A DNA stretch of 64,000 bases from positions 148,761-212,760 of the forward strand of contig CAVPYI010000006.1 in the NCBI GenBank assembly GCA_963709905.1, in the 5' to 3' direction. Origin of the DNA: an uncultured Gemmatimonadales bacterium (GTDB lineage: Bacteria; Gemmatimonadota; Gemmatimonadetes; Gemmatimonadales; GWC2-71-9). The notes under the pieces were generated by a model. The model did not search any database, was not told the origin of the DNA, and saw only the letters and a program-made list of their open reading frames with translations. A program made the translations under genes and the position numbers. Shown piece by piece: positions 18,011-27,818 of the stretch (within the stretch, counting starts at the first letter, position 1; every line of letters starts with the position of its first letter).

Positions 18011-19155
18011 AACGCAGGCTGGGCATCTCGACCGTGGCGGTGCACGGGCAGCCGGCGCGCCGCGGGGACTGGTCCCCGGTGGTGGCCCCGCTGTACCAGA
18101 GCAGCACCTTCACCAATCCGGTCGGTTCCGACGAGACCGTGATGTACAGCCGGTACGGGAATAACCCGAACCAGGTCGCGCTCGGCACCAAGTACGCCCT
18201 GCTGGAGGGAACCGAGGCGGCGATCTTCGTCGCCAGCGGCATGGCCGCGACCGCGCTGGCGCATCTGGCGGTACTCCGCCCCGGGGACCACCTGATCTCG
18301 AGTTCCTGGATCTACGGCGGAACCAAGCGCCTGTTCGACGAGGAGTTCGGCCGCCTGGGGATCGAGGTGACCTACGTCCAGCCCGACCAGCCGCGACAGT
18401 GGCGGCGCTCGGTCCGCAAGAGCACTCGGGCCGTGTTCGTCGAGACCCCGACCAACCCGACCATGCGGGTGATCGACCTCACCCCCACGGCGCAGATTGC
18501 CCGCGATGGCGGTCTGGCGCTCCTGGTCGACGCGACCTTCGCGAGTCCGGTCAACTACCGGCCGACGGAGCACGGCGCGGATATCGTGATCACCAGCGCC
18601 ACGAAATATCTGAACGGGCACAGCGACATCGTCGCCGGCGCCGTGGCGGCGTCCGGGTCGATCATCGAGGAAGTGACCCGCCTCATGACGCTCTGGGGTC
18701 AGCCCCTCGACCCGCATGCGGCGTGGCTGGTCGAGCGCGGGATGCGAACGCTGGCCCTTCGGATGGAGCGGCACAACGCCAACGGTCTGGCGGTCGCCCG
18801 CTGGGCGGAGACCCGGGACGGGATCACGGCGGTGCACTACCCGGGTCTGCCGAGCCATCCGGATCATGCGCTGGCGGCACAGGTCCTCGACGGCTTCAGC
18901 GGCATGGTGGGCCTGGAGCTCAAGGGCGGGACGCGGGCGGCGGAGCGGTTTCTGAAGAAGCTCAAGCTCGTGACCCACGCCCCCAGCCTCGCGGGCGTCG
19001 AGAGTCTCATATCGGAGCCGCGCCTGACAAGCCATCACCGTCTCACCGAGGACCAGCGGGCGAAACTCGGCATCCCCGACGGGTTCGTCCGCCTCTCCTG
19101 CGGGATCGAGGACGCCGCGGACATCATCGCGGACCTGGACCAGGCGCTGGGCTAG
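18007..19155 (+). CDS. Cys/Met metabolism PLP-dependent enzyme (cystathionine gamma-synthase / beta-lyase family)
   Basis: Family motifs including ...DIVITSATKYLNGHSD... (PLP lysine) and C-terminal VRLSCGIED. Confidence 0.9.
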   Translation: MKRRLGISTVAVHGQPARRGDWSPVVAPLYQSSTFTNPVGSDETVMYSRYGNNPNQVALGTKYALLEGTEAAIFVASGMAATALAHLAVLRPGDHLISSSWIYGGTKRLFDEEFGRLGIEVTYVQPDQPRQWRRSVRKSTRAVFVETPTNPTMRVIDLTPTAQIARDGGLALLVDATFASPVNYRPTEHGADIVITSATKYLNGHSDIVAGAVAASGSIIEEVTRLMTLWGQPLDPHAAWLVERGMRTLALRMERHNANGLAVARWAETRDGITAVHYPGLPSHPDHALAAQVLDGFSGMVGLELKGGTRAAERFLKKLKLVTHAPSLAGVESLISEPRLTSHHRLTEDQRAKLGIPDGFVRLSCGIEDAADIIADLDQALG

Positions 19156-19248
19156 GCCACGGCGCCGGGACCGCCGGCCGGGCGGCCCCAGGCAGCCGGG
19201 CGCGCGGACGCCCTGTCGCCCCCCGGGTCCTCCTCCTATTTTCCCCCC

Positions 19249-19938
19249 GTGATCCGCTTCTCCCACGTCTTCAAGGACTACCCCAAGGGCACCGCCCTCA
19301 AGAACGTCTCCCTTCACATCGCGAGGGGTGAGTTCATCTTCCTCACCGGTCACTCCGGGGCCGGGAAATCGACGATGCTCAAGCTGCTGTACGGGGAGCT
19401 TCGTCCGACCGGCGGTGATGTCCGGGTTTCGGGCTTCACGATCGGGGCGCTGGCCCCCGATGACGTTCCCAGGCTCCGCCGGCGACTCGGGATCATCTTC
19501 CAGGACTTCCGGCTGCTGGAGGATCGCACCGCCGAAGAGAACGTGGCCTTCGCGCTCGAGGTCACCGGGGCCCGCTCCGACACCATTCCACCCAAGGTCA
19601 TGCGGGTGCTGACCCAGGTCGGCCTCGCCGCCAAGGCGTCAGCCTATCCGCAGGAGCTGTCGGGCGGGGAGCAACAGCGGGTGGCCATCGCCCGGGCCCT
19701 GGTCAACGACCCCACGATCCTGATCGCCGACGAGCCCACCGGCAACCTCGACGAGCGGGCGACCCGAGGGGTCTTCCAGCTGATCCGTGAAATCAACGCC
19801 GCTGGGACCGCCGTGGTGATGGCGACCCACGACCTGGACCTGGTCAAGCAGACGACCTACCGCACGGTGGAGCTTCGGGAGGGCACTATCGTGTTCGACA
19901 GCGGGGTGGATGACGGCGCCGAGGCGGCGGTCGAATGA
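19249..19938 (+). CDS. ftsE: cell division ATP-binding protein FtsE
   Basis: Walker A GHSGAGKST, signature LSGGEQQR and Walker B ILIADEPTGNLD. It is followed by ftsX. Confidence 0.9.
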   Translation: MIRFSHVFKDYPKGTALKNVSLHIARGEFIFLTGHSGAGKSTMLKLLYGELRPTGGDVRVSGFTIGALAPDDVPRLRRRLGIIFQDFRLLEDRTAEENVAFALEVTGARSDTIPPKVMRVLTQVGLAAKASAYPQELSGGEQQRVAIARALVNDPTILIADEPTGNLDERATRGVFQLIREINAAGTAVVMATHDLDLVKQTTYRTVELREGTIVFDSGVDDGAEAAVE

Positions 19939-20804
19939 GGCTCCTCACCCGCGAGGCGCTGGCGGTGTTCCGGCGGGCCCCGCTGTTGTCGGCGCTCTCC
20001 ATCACGACCATCGGTTTCTCGCTCTACGCCGTGGGGCTGTTTGCGCTGGTGGCGGTGAACCTGCGGGAGGCGCTCCGGGACGTCGAACAGCGGGTGGAGG
20101 TCGTCGCCTATCTGTTCCGGGGCACGCCGCCCGAGGCCATCGCCCAGGCTTCCCAGGATATCGCCGCCTTCCCGGAAGTCGGCGGCGTCACCTTCGTCAG
20201 TGAAGACGAGGCGCTCAAGCGGGCGCGTCTGGAGCTGGTCGAGTTTCGGGACGCGTATCGTGACCTGGCCGTGAATCCGCTCCCCTCCTCGCTCGAAATC
20301 CAGCTCAAGGACGGGTTTCGGGATGCCCGGAACACGGCCGCGGTCGCCGAGCGCCTGCGGGGCTACGGGTTCATCGACGACGTGCGCTACGGCCGGGAGT
20401 GGATCGAGAAGCTGGACCGGCTGCGCAACATCGCGGGTCTGGTGGGCGTGACCATCGGCCTCGCGTTCGCCGCCGTCGCGGTGGTGATCATCGGTGTCAC
20501 GATCCGGATCACCGTCCTCCAGCGGGCCCGCGAGATCGCGATCATGCGACTCGTCGGGGCCACCAACAACTTCATCCGCGGCCCGTTTCTGCTCGAGGGA
20601 GCGCTCAAGGGATTGCTGGGCGGGCTGCTCGCCGTGGTGCTCTGTTTCGGAACCTATGTGATGTTCCGTGGCCAGGTCGACCTGGCGACCTCCGGGATCG
20701 TCTTCCTGCGGGGGCCGCAGGTCGCCATGGGCATTCTGTTCGGCGTGCTGATCGGCTTCAGCGGCAGTCTGGTGAGCGTCGGGAGGCATCTCAAGAATGT
20801 GTAA
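19935..20804 (+). CDS. ftsX: cell division permease FtsX
   Basis: ATGA overlap with ftsE. FtsX topology: one TM, a periplasmic domain, then three C-terminal TM segments. Confidence 0.85.
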   Translation: MRLLTREALAVFRRAPLLSALSITTIGFSLYAVGLFALVAVNLREALRDVEQRVEVVAYLFRGTPPEAIAQASQDIAAFPEVGGVTFVSEDEALKRARLELVEFRDAYRDLAVNPLPSSLEIQLKDGFRDARNTAAVAERLRGYGFIDDVRYGREWIEKLDRLRNIAGLVGVTIGLAFAAVAVVIIGVTIRITVLQRAREIAIMRLVGATNNFIRGPFLLEGALKGLLGGLLAVVLCFGTYVMFRGQVDLATSGIVFLRGPQVAMGILFGVLIGFSGSLVSVGRHLKNV

Positions 20805-22038
20805 CCGGGCCGGCGGGCCGGCGCGGGGCCGCATGGTGTCCTGGGCCGTGAGAGCGACCCAGGTCGCACTCGTCGCCGCGGGCCTCGTCGCCGGTGCGCC
20901 CGCCCGGTTGTCCGCCCAAACGGACCTCGGCGAATCCCGGCGCCGCCTCGAGGAGGTCCGCAAGGAGCGCGAGCGCCTGGAGCGGGAACGGAGTCGGCTC
21001 CAGGGTCAGGTTCAGGATCTCGGCAAGGAACTGGACAACCTCGAGCGGCAGCGCCAGTCCACCAACCGGATCGTGAACGAGATCGAGTCCCAGATCGGCG
21101 GCCTGAACAACCACGTCGACCGCGCCAGTGCCGACCTCGCGCTGGCGCAGGACAATCTCGCCGAGAAACGCGCCGTGCTCGAGCGGCGGCTGGCGGAAAT
21201 CTACAAGCGGGGGCGGCTCTACACCTTCGAGGTGCTGGTGTCGGCCCAGTCCTTCGGCGACCTGCTGTCGCGATACAAGTATCTCTTTCTGCAATCCCGG
21301 CAGGACAAGGCGCTCGTCGGCGATGTCGAGAAGCTGATGACCCAGGTGGAGAGTCGCCGGCAGGAGATTCTCCAGGTCCGCTCCCAGCTCGACGTGAGCC
21401 GCGAGGAGCGGGCCGGTGAGCTGCGACGCTACGGCCGGCTGGTGGACGAGCGGGCGATGCGGCTCCGTGAGACCCGCCGCAGCGCGCGCAGTACCGAGCA
21501 GCAGCTTTCGGCCCTGGAGCGCGACGAGGCCCGGCTCAACGAGCTGTTGGCCCGCCTGGAAGCGGCCCGGCGCACCGCCGAGGCACGGAGCCGCGCCCCG
21601 GTCAGCGGGGCGGAAGGGCCCGGCACGCTGACGACGGCCGATATCGGCAAGCTCGACTGGCCGGTCGACGGGCAGATCCTCACCAATTTCGGGAGCGAAC
21701 GGCTGCCGTCCGGCGCCGTCATCCGCAACAACGGCATCCGCATCGGCGCTCAGGCCGGCACTCCGGTCAAGGCCGTCGAGGATGGCACGGTGGAAGTCCT
21801 GCAGGCCCTCGGCACCTACGGCCTGAGCGTCATCGTGGCCCACGGGAACGGTTACCGCTCGCTCTATATGCACCTCGGCGAGGCCCGGGTGGCGCGAGGC
21901 AACGTCGTGGCCAAGGGCCAGATCGTGGGGACGGTGGGCGGGGTGAGCAGCGACGAGGGGCCGCACCTCTATTTCGAGATCCGCGGGGAGGGCGGCATCC
22001 CCCTCGATCCGACCGACTGGCTCAAGCGCCGACGCTAG
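20797..22038 (+). CDS. EnvC-like murein hydrolase activator (coiled coil + M23/LytM domain)
   Basis: Long coiled coil followed by M23 motifs. The start could instead be MVSWAV at 20833. Confidence 0.85.
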   Translation: MCNRAGGPARGRMVSWAVRATQVALVAAGLVAGAPARLSAQTDLGESRRRLEEVRKERERLERERSRLQGQVQDLGKELDNLERQRQSTNRIVNEIESQIGGLNNHVDRASADLALAQDNLAEKRAVLERRLAEIYKRGRLYTFEVLVSAQSFGDLLSRYKYLFLQSRQDKALVGDVEKLMTQVESRRQEILQVRSQLDVSREERAGELRRYGRLVDERAMRLRETRRSARSTEQQLSALERDEARLNELLARLEAARRTAEARSRAPVSGAEGPGTLTTADIGKLDWPVDGQILTNFGSERLPSGAVIRNNGIRIGAQAGTPVKAVEDGTVEVLQALGTYGLSVIVAHGNGYRSLYMHLGEARVARGNVVAKGQIVGTVGGVSSDEGPHLYFEIRGEGGIPLDPTDWLKRRR

Positions 22039-22057
22039 GACGGCGCCGCCGGAAACC

Positions 22058-23500
22058 CTAGAAGGCGGCGGACTCGGCGGTACCGATGCGTCCTTCGATC
22101 TGCGCCTTGCCTCGGAGCAGGGCGGTTTCCATCAGGGCGTACAGGTCCTCGGAATCGCTGGCGGCGGGGTGCGGGAAGGAGACCACGCCGGCCGAGAGGG
22201 TGGGGCGATCCGTCGGCGCGAGGTCGGGAAACGGATGAAGGCCGATCCGACCGCGCACCCGTTCGATCGAGGCGCGGGCGCCGGCGAGGTCGGTCTCCGG
22301 CAGCACCAAAGCGAACTCGTCGCCCCCGTACCGGCTCACGAAATCCGAGGCCCGGACTTCCCTGAGCAGCACGCCGCCGAGTTCCGCGAGCAGCCGGTCA
22401 CCGGCGATGGTGCCGAATCGTTCGTTGTAGCTGCGCAGGCCGTCGACGTCGAGCAGGACCACGCCGAAGGCGAGCGAATAGCGTCGGGCCCGCTGGAATT
22501 CCTCCTGAATCCGCCGATTCAGCGCCTCCAGATTGCCGCACCCGGTGAGCTTGTCGGTCACGAGGGCGCCCGCCTGGCGACGGCGCATCCCGGCCCGGCG
22601 CTCCTCATTCTCGAGCAGCCGGGAGGCGGCCGCCAGCAGGCGCTCAGCGAAACTCAGCTGCTCCGGGGTGAGCGGCGGGTCCTCGTGCCGGGTCCGCAGC
22701 AGGAACGCACCGGCGGGCTTGCCGTGCAGATTCACCGGGATGACCGCCACGCTCCGCACATCGGCGCTCACGCCGAGCTCCTTCCAGACGGCGCGGACCT
22801 CCGCGTAGAACGTGTGCGACTCGAAGTCGGGGATGAAGACGGTCTTGTCGGTGCGGAGCGCTTCACGAATCTCGGGGTAGCGCATCAGGTCGACCCGGAG
22901 GTCCCGGGTGGCCGGCTTTTCCAGTACGGCGACCACCCGGCCGTAGCGGTCCCCGGGCGAGGCGAGCAGGAATGAGCAGCGGGGCAACTCCAGGGCGAGG
23001 CCGACCCGTCGGACCAGGGTTTCGACGATTCCCTCGGAGCGGAGCGATGCCGACAGGTCCTGCAGGATGTCGAACATCAGCTCCTGGCGCCACGCCGTGC
23101 TTCGATCCGATCCGTTGGAGGGAACCCGCCGCAGTCGCGCGGCCACCCGGGCGGTGAGTTCAGGGAGCAGGACCGGCGTGACCACTACGTCGTCGGCCCC
23201 CATCGCGAGAGCCCGGGCGGGGCCGTCAGGTTCGGGCTGAGTCAGGATGACGATTCGCGGAATCGCCCCCCAGGCCTCGCCCTCGAGGGAATGCAGCACC
23301 TGTTCCAGCCGCCGGTCGGCACGAGCGGTGGTGAGCAGGATGAGATCGGGCGCCGCCGCCGTGGGGTGGTGAACCTCGTCCGCCTCGGCCTCGACCAGAT
23401 GGTACCCGCCGCGCGCCAGCGCCCGCTCCAGCCCTTCGGGTCGTGCGGCGGCGTCTCCGAGCAGGAGAATGCGGCGCGGGGGCGACGGCGTGTCGGTCAC
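22058..23500 (-). CDS. response regulator receiver - GAF - GGDEF diguanylate cyclase
   Basis: The N-terminal REC-like region (ILLLGD...PDLILLT), a central GAF-like region and the RYGGDEFALVL active-site motif. Confidence 0.85.
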   Translation of the reverse strand: MTDTPSPPRRILLLGDAAARPEGLERALARGGYHLVEAEADEVHHPTAAAPDLILLTTARADRRLEQVLHSLEGEAWGAIPRIVILTQPEPDGPARALAMGADDVVVTPVLLPELTARVAARLRRVPSNGSDRSTAWRQELMFDILQDLSASLRSEGIVETLVRRVGLALELPRCSFLLASPGDRYGRVVAVLEKPATRDLRVDLMRYPEIREALRTDKTVFIPDFESHTFYAEVRAVWKELGVSADVRSVAVIPVNLHGKPAGAFLLRTRHEDPPLTPEQLSFAERLLAAASRLLENEERRAGMRRRQAGALVTDKLTGCGNLEALNRRIQEEFQRARRYSLAFGVVLLDVDGLRSYNERFGTIAGDRLLAELGGVLLREVRASDFVSRYGGDEFALVLPETDLAGARASIERVRGRIGLHPFPDLAPTDRPTLSAGVVSFPHPAASDSEDLYALMETALLRGKAQIEGRIGTAESAAF

Positions 23501-23571
23501 GACGAACAGGAACCCAGCCTGGCGGTCGGGGACGTTCCCGACCCGAGGGCGCTGTCAAGGAAAACCCGCCC

Positions 23572-24462
23572 ATGCGGAAGCATCCCGTCGCGGCCGGCGA
23601 TCTGCTCGGGGCGCACGTCTCGACCCAGGGCGGGGTTCATACCGCGCCGGCGAGAGCCGAGGCGATTGGCGCCCGCACCATGCAGATCTTCACCAAGACG
23701 CCCAGCCAATGGCGCGAGCCGCTGATCCCCACCGCCAGCCGCGACAAGTTCCGGGAGGAAGTAGCGCGGACCGGGGTGGCAGTCCTGGTTGCCCACGATT
23801 CGTACCTCATCAATCTGGCGTCCCCGGACCAGGCGCTCCGGGACCGCTCCATCAAGGCGTTCACCGCCGAGCTGGGCCGCTGCGAAGCGCTGGCCATCCG
23901 GTATCTGGTTTCGCATCCCGGAAATTACATCGAGCGGCAGGAAGAGGGCCTCGAGCTCAATGCGGCCGGCTACGCCCGCTGCCTCGCGGAGGCGCCTGGG
24001 CAGGTCGTGGTGCTGCTCGAAACGACCGCGGGCGCGGGCACCGCCCTGGGCTCGACGTTCGAGGAGCTGGCGGCAATCCGCGACCGGATTCCCGAGCCGC
24101 ACCGGTCGCGCATCGGATTCTGCGCCGACACCTGCCACCTCTACTCCGCGGGCTATGACCTGGTGAACGACTATGACGGCGTCTGGCAGCGGTGGGACCG
24201 GGTGCTGGGACTCGGCCGGCTCCGCTGCCTGCACCTGAACGACTCCAAAACCGGGTTCGGCTCCAGGCGGGACCGTCATGAGCTCATCGCCGAGGGATCG
24301 CTCGGCGCGGAGCCCTTCCGCCGGATCATGCGTGACCCGCGGCTCGGGCATGTCGTCAAGATCATCGAGACGCCAAAGGGTGAGGATGCGTTCACTCTCG
24401 ATCGCAAGATGCTGCGCCGCCTCCGGGCCTACGCGCGCGGTGGCCGGACCGCAGCGCGTTGA
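23572..24462 (+). CDS. nfo: endonuclease IV (deoxyribonuclease IV)
   Basis: LGAHVSTQGG..., VAHDSYLINLASP, YLVSHPG and CADTCHLYSAGYD are Nfo family motifs. I place the start at MRKHPV (ATG 23572). Confidence 0.9.
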   Translation: MRKHPVAAGDLLGAHVSTQGGVHTAPARAEAIGARTMQIFTKTPSQWREPLIPTASRDKFREEVARTGVAVLVAHDSYLINLASPDQALRDRSIKAFTAELGRCEALAIRYLVSHPGNYIERQEEGLELNAAGYARCLAEAPGQVVVLLETTAGAGTALGSTFEELAAIRDRIPEPHRSRIGFCADTCHLYSAGYDLVNDYDGVWQRWDRVLGLGRLRCLHLNDSKTGFGSRRDRHELIAEGSLGAEPFRRIMRDPRLGHVVKIIETPKGEDAFTLDRKMLRRLRAYARGGRTAAR

Positions 24463-24494
24463 CCCGGCTCACGGCTCGCCGCATCTTAGGCCCC

Positions 24495-25085
24495 ATGCGT
24501 GTCCCCGTCCTGGTGCTCGTGATCTGCATTCCGACTGTGGCATCAGGCCAGGCCCGATACAGCGCGACCCTCGGGTTCACGGCCGGGACGTCCCTGGTCG
24601 AGGACCGCATCGGCCGGAGCATCCGCGTCGCACAGCGGCTCGCACCGACGGCCACGCTGGGTGTCTCGTTCCCGGTGTCGGCCCGGGAACGGGCCGGGGT
24701 GGAGGTGGCCCTCGGTCTCGGCAGCGCTCGCATCGAGGAGACCGGGCTCCCGACGGTTGACGGTCCCGATTTCCGCACCCTCGCCGTCACCGGAGGAGTC
24801 GAAGGGCCGGTGCTCCCCGGGCTCAGCTACCGGGGAGGCGCGGGCCTGCTCAAGTACCTGCCGGATGATACCGGCATTTTTCGTCGGGGCGGTCCGCTGC
24901 TCCTCCTGCTGACCGGTGGCGCCGACTACCGCGTCCCGATGAGCGGGAGACTCGGCCTCGTCGCCCGTCTGCGCTACGATTATCAGCGGTTTTCGACCGG
25001 TGCCCTGGAATCTGCCGGATTCACGCGCAGCCAGGACGTTCACCGGCTCGGCCTCGGCCTCGGCATCGAGTACCACCGCCCATGA
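24495..25085 (+). CDS. hypothetical outer-membrane beta-barrel-like protein
   Basis: Signal peptide MRVPVLVLVICIPTVASGQ, alternating beta-strand pattern and a terminal aromatic (GIEYHRP). A TTG at 24459 is an alternative start. Confidence 0.5.
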   Translation: MRVPVLVLVICIPTVASGQARYSATLGFTAGTSLVEDRIGRSIRVAQRLAPTATLGVSFPVSARERAGVEVALGLGSARIEETGLPTVDGPDFRTLAVTGGVEGPVLPGLSYRGGAGLLKYLPDDTGIFRRGGPLLLLLTGGADYRVPMSGRLGLVARLRYDYQRFSTGALESAGFTRSQDVHRLGLGLGIEYHRP

Positions 25086-25762
25086 CCCGCTCCGTCGTGC
25101 TGCTCGCGCTGTCCGGCCTCACCGTCCTGGTGGCCGGTCACGGCTGCAGTGACATCGCCGCGCCCGCGCGCGCCACCCCCTACGACTGGCGCCTCATCGT
25201 CCCCTACGATAGCGCCGGCCCCCGCGTGGACAGCCTGTCGTTCCACTGGCCCAGAGCGGCCATGCCCTTGAAGATCTGGGTCGAGCAGGAGCAGTACCAG
25301 ATCCGCGACCGGGTCCGCGAAGGAATAGCCCGCTGGCGGGGCGCCTTCCTGTATGGGGAATGGGACGCAACCGTGGTCGACGACTCCAACACCGCCGATG
25401 TCCTGGTCCGTGCCATTCAACCTCCGCTCGGCCCGGCGCCCGGGGCACTTCGTTTTCGGGCCCAGATCCTCTCGTGCGAGGGCGCGACCGATGTCGATAC
25501 CGTCGCCACCCGGTTCGAGCTCCGGGTGCCGATCCGCGCGTACGTGTACCCCACCAACCCCACCGCGGCCGACCTCACCGAATGCTTGCGGATCGTCGCG
25601 GCCCACGAGCTGGGGCACGCGATGGGCATCTTCCAGCACTCATCCGACTCGCTGGACCTGATGTTCGCCGTTCCCACGGCAGAGGGGCTGACGGATCGCG
25701 ACGTCAGCACCGCCGTGAGTGCCTATCATTTTCCGCCCGACATGGTACCGCTTCGGCCGTAG
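25082..25762 (+). CDS. matrixin-like zinc metalloprotease lipoprotein
   Basis: Lipobox LVAGHGC. HExxH-type motif VAAHELGHAMGIFQHS. ATGA overlap with the upstream gene. Confidence 0.65.
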   Translation: MTRSVVLLALSGLTVLVAGHGCSDIAAPARATPYDWRLIVPYDSAGPRVDSLSFHWPRAAMPLKIWVEQEQYQIRDRVREGIARWRGAFLYGEWDATVVDDSNTADVLVRAIQPPLGPAPGALRFRAQILSCEGATDVDTVATRFELRVPIRAYVYPTNPTAADLTECLRIVAAHELGHAMGIFQHSSDSLDLMFAVPTAEGLTDRDVSTAVSAYHFPPDMVPLRP

Positions 25763-25867
25763 CCGCATAGATATACAACGGTTGCACGTGGCCCGGTCCT
25801 TGCCGAGATTTCCGGCCGCGCCCCCGTCGGCCGTTCCCGCCGGGCCACGCGTTCTCCCGGAGCCTGC

Positions 25868-27739
25868 ATGACCGCACCAGCCGCAACCCGAGGGGTCGAT
25901 TGTCCCTCCTGGGTTACGCATGAGCGTCTTCGAGCCTGGGTGGCGGAGATCGCCGCCCTTACCCAGCCCGACCAGATCCACTGGTGCGACGGGTCGGAGG
26001 CGGAAAACACGGCCCTGCTCGACCAGATGGTCGCCGCCGGGACGTTGCGTCGCCTGAACCCCGCCAAGCGACCCAACAGCTACCTGGCCCTGTCCGACCC
26101 GAACGACGTGGCCCGGGTGGAGGACCGCACCTTCATCTGCAGTATCCGCCGTCAGGACGCCGGCCCGACCAACAACTGGGTCGACCCGCGGGAGATGCGC
26201 ACCACCCTCCGGCGGGTCTTCAACGGGGCGATGCGCGGTCGGACGATGTACGTGGTGCCCTTCAGTATGGGCCCGCTCGGGTCACCACTGGCGCATATCG
26301 GGGTTGAGCTGACGGATTCGCCGTACGTGGTGGTCAACATGCGCATCATGACCCGCATGGGCCATGGCGCCCTCACAGCCCTGGGCGAAGGCGATTTCGT
26401 CCCCTGCGTCCATTCCGTGGGGCGCCCGCTCGCCCCTGGCGAGCAGGACGTCCGCTGGCCGTGCAACAAGGACGAGAAGTACATCGTCCACTTCCCCGAA
26501 GATCGCAGCATCTGGTCGTACGGGTCGGGCTACGGCGGGAATGCGCTGCTGGGGAAGAAGTGTTTCGCCCTCCGCATCGCGTCGGTCATGGCCCGTGACG
26601 AAGGCTGGATGGCCGAACACATGTTGATCGTCGGTCTGCAGAGCCCCGACGGCGAGAAGCGCTACCTCGCCGCTGGATTCCCGAGCGCCTGTGGCAAGAC
26701 CAACCTGGCGATGCTGCTCCCGCCGGCCGGTTGCGAAGGGTGGAAGGTCACGACCGTCGGCGACGACATCGCCTGGATTCGCCCTGGCCCCGATGGGCGG
26801 CTGCATGCCATCAACCCCGAGGCCGGATTCTTCGGAGTGGCGCCGGGTACATCGGCCAGCTCCAATCCAACGGCCATGGCGACCATCAGGGCGAACACCA
26901 TCTTTACTAACGTCGCGCTCACGCCGGACGGGGACGTATGGTGGGAGGGGATGACCGATCAGCCCCCGACCGCCCTCACGGACTGGCAAGGCGAGTCGTG
27001 GACCCCATCCTGCGGGCGCAAGGCCGCCCACCCCAACGCCCGGTTCACTGCCCCTGCGGCGCAGTGTCCCTCGATCGACCCGCAGTGGGAGAATCCCGAG
27101 GGAGTGCCGATCAGCGCGTTCCTGTTCGGCGGGCGGCGGGCCTCGCTGGTGCCGCTGGTGGTGCAGGCGGTCAACTGGAATTTCGGGGTGTACACCGCCG
27201 CCACGATCGGCTCCGAGACCACCGCCGCCGCGGCCGGCGCGGTCGGCCAGGTCCGCCGCGACCCCATGTCGATGCTGCCGTTCTGCGGGTATCACATGGG
27301 TGATTACTTCAACCACTGGCTGCAGATGGGGCGACAGATCAACGATCCGCCCCGGATCTTCTGCGTGAACTGGTTCCGCAAGGACGCCAGGGGAAACTAC
27401 ATCTGGCCGGGCTACAGCCAGAATCTCCGGGTCCTGAAGTGGATCTTCAATCGCGTACGGGGCAAGGCGGGCTCCACCGAGAGCCCGCTGGGCTGGATGC
27501 CGAGGTACGAGGACCTGGACTGGAAGGGCATGGAGGGTTTCGACGAGGAGACCTTCCGCGACCTCATGTCCGTGCCCCGCGAGGCCTGGAAAACGGAAGT
27601 ACTGGGCCACCAGGAACTGATTGAGCGCCTGTACGACCGCATCCCCAAAGAGTTCATCCTGATGCGCGAGCTGGTGTTGTCGAGCCTGTGGCGCTCCCCC
27701 GAAGAATGGAAGCTGGCCCACGAGACCGACGCGGATTAG
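25868..27739 (+). CDS. pckG: phosphoenolpyruvate carboxykinase (GTP)
   Basis: The length, and motifs such as [13 protein letters not shown] and the WMAEHMLI region, are typical of GTP-PEPCK. Confidence 0.95.
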   Translation: MTAPAATRGVDCPSWVTHERLRAWVAEIAALTQPDQIHWCDGSEAENTALLDQMVAAGTLRRLNPAKRPNSYLALSDPNDVARVEDRTFICSIRRQDAGPTNNWVDPREMRTTLRRVFNGAMRGRTMYVVPFSMGPLGSPLAHIGVELTDSPYVVVNMRIMTRMGHGALTALGEGDFVPCVHSVGRPLAPGEQDVRWPCNKDEKYIVHFPEDRSIWSYGSGYGGNALLGKKCFALRIASVMARDEGWMAEHMLIVGLQSPDGEKRYLAAGFPSACGKTNLAMLLPPAGCEGWKVTTVGDDIAWIRPGPDGRLHAINPEAGFFGVAPGTSASSNPTAMATIRANTIFTNVALTPDGDVWWEGMTDQPPTALTDWQGESWTPSCGRKAAHPNARFTAPAAQCPSIDPQWENPEGVPISAFLFGGRRASLVPLVVQAVNWNFGVYTAATIGSETTAAAAGAVGQVRRDPMSMLPFCGYHMGDYFNHWLQMGRQINDPPRIFCVNWFRKDARGNYIWPGYSQNLRVLKWIFNRVRGKAGSTESPLGWMPRYEDLDWKGMEGFDEETFRDLMSVPREAWKTEVLGHQELIERLYDRIPKEFILMRELVLSSLWRSPEEWKLAHETDAD

Positions 27740-27745
27740 GGATCG

Positions 27746-27818
27746 GGCGTCAGGCAGCCGGCGTCAGGGTATCTACCCGGACGTCACCGCTCTGACGCCT
27801 GACGCCTGACGCCTGACC
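27746..27818. repeat. palindromic heptamer-array element: (GGCGTCA)n - spacer - (CTGACGC)n
   Basis: ggcgtca ggcagcc ggcgtca gg ... ctgacgc ctgacgc ctgacgc ctgacc. The arms are reverse complements. The element ends directly at the ATG at 27819. Confidence 0.75.

Noticed and set aside
22039-22075. Hairpin cgccgcc...ggcggcg between convergent genes, together with a single actcggcgg unit
   Set aside because: The stem is only 7 bp with a 13-nt loop and overlaps a stop codon. The single octamer unit is expected by chance in this composition.
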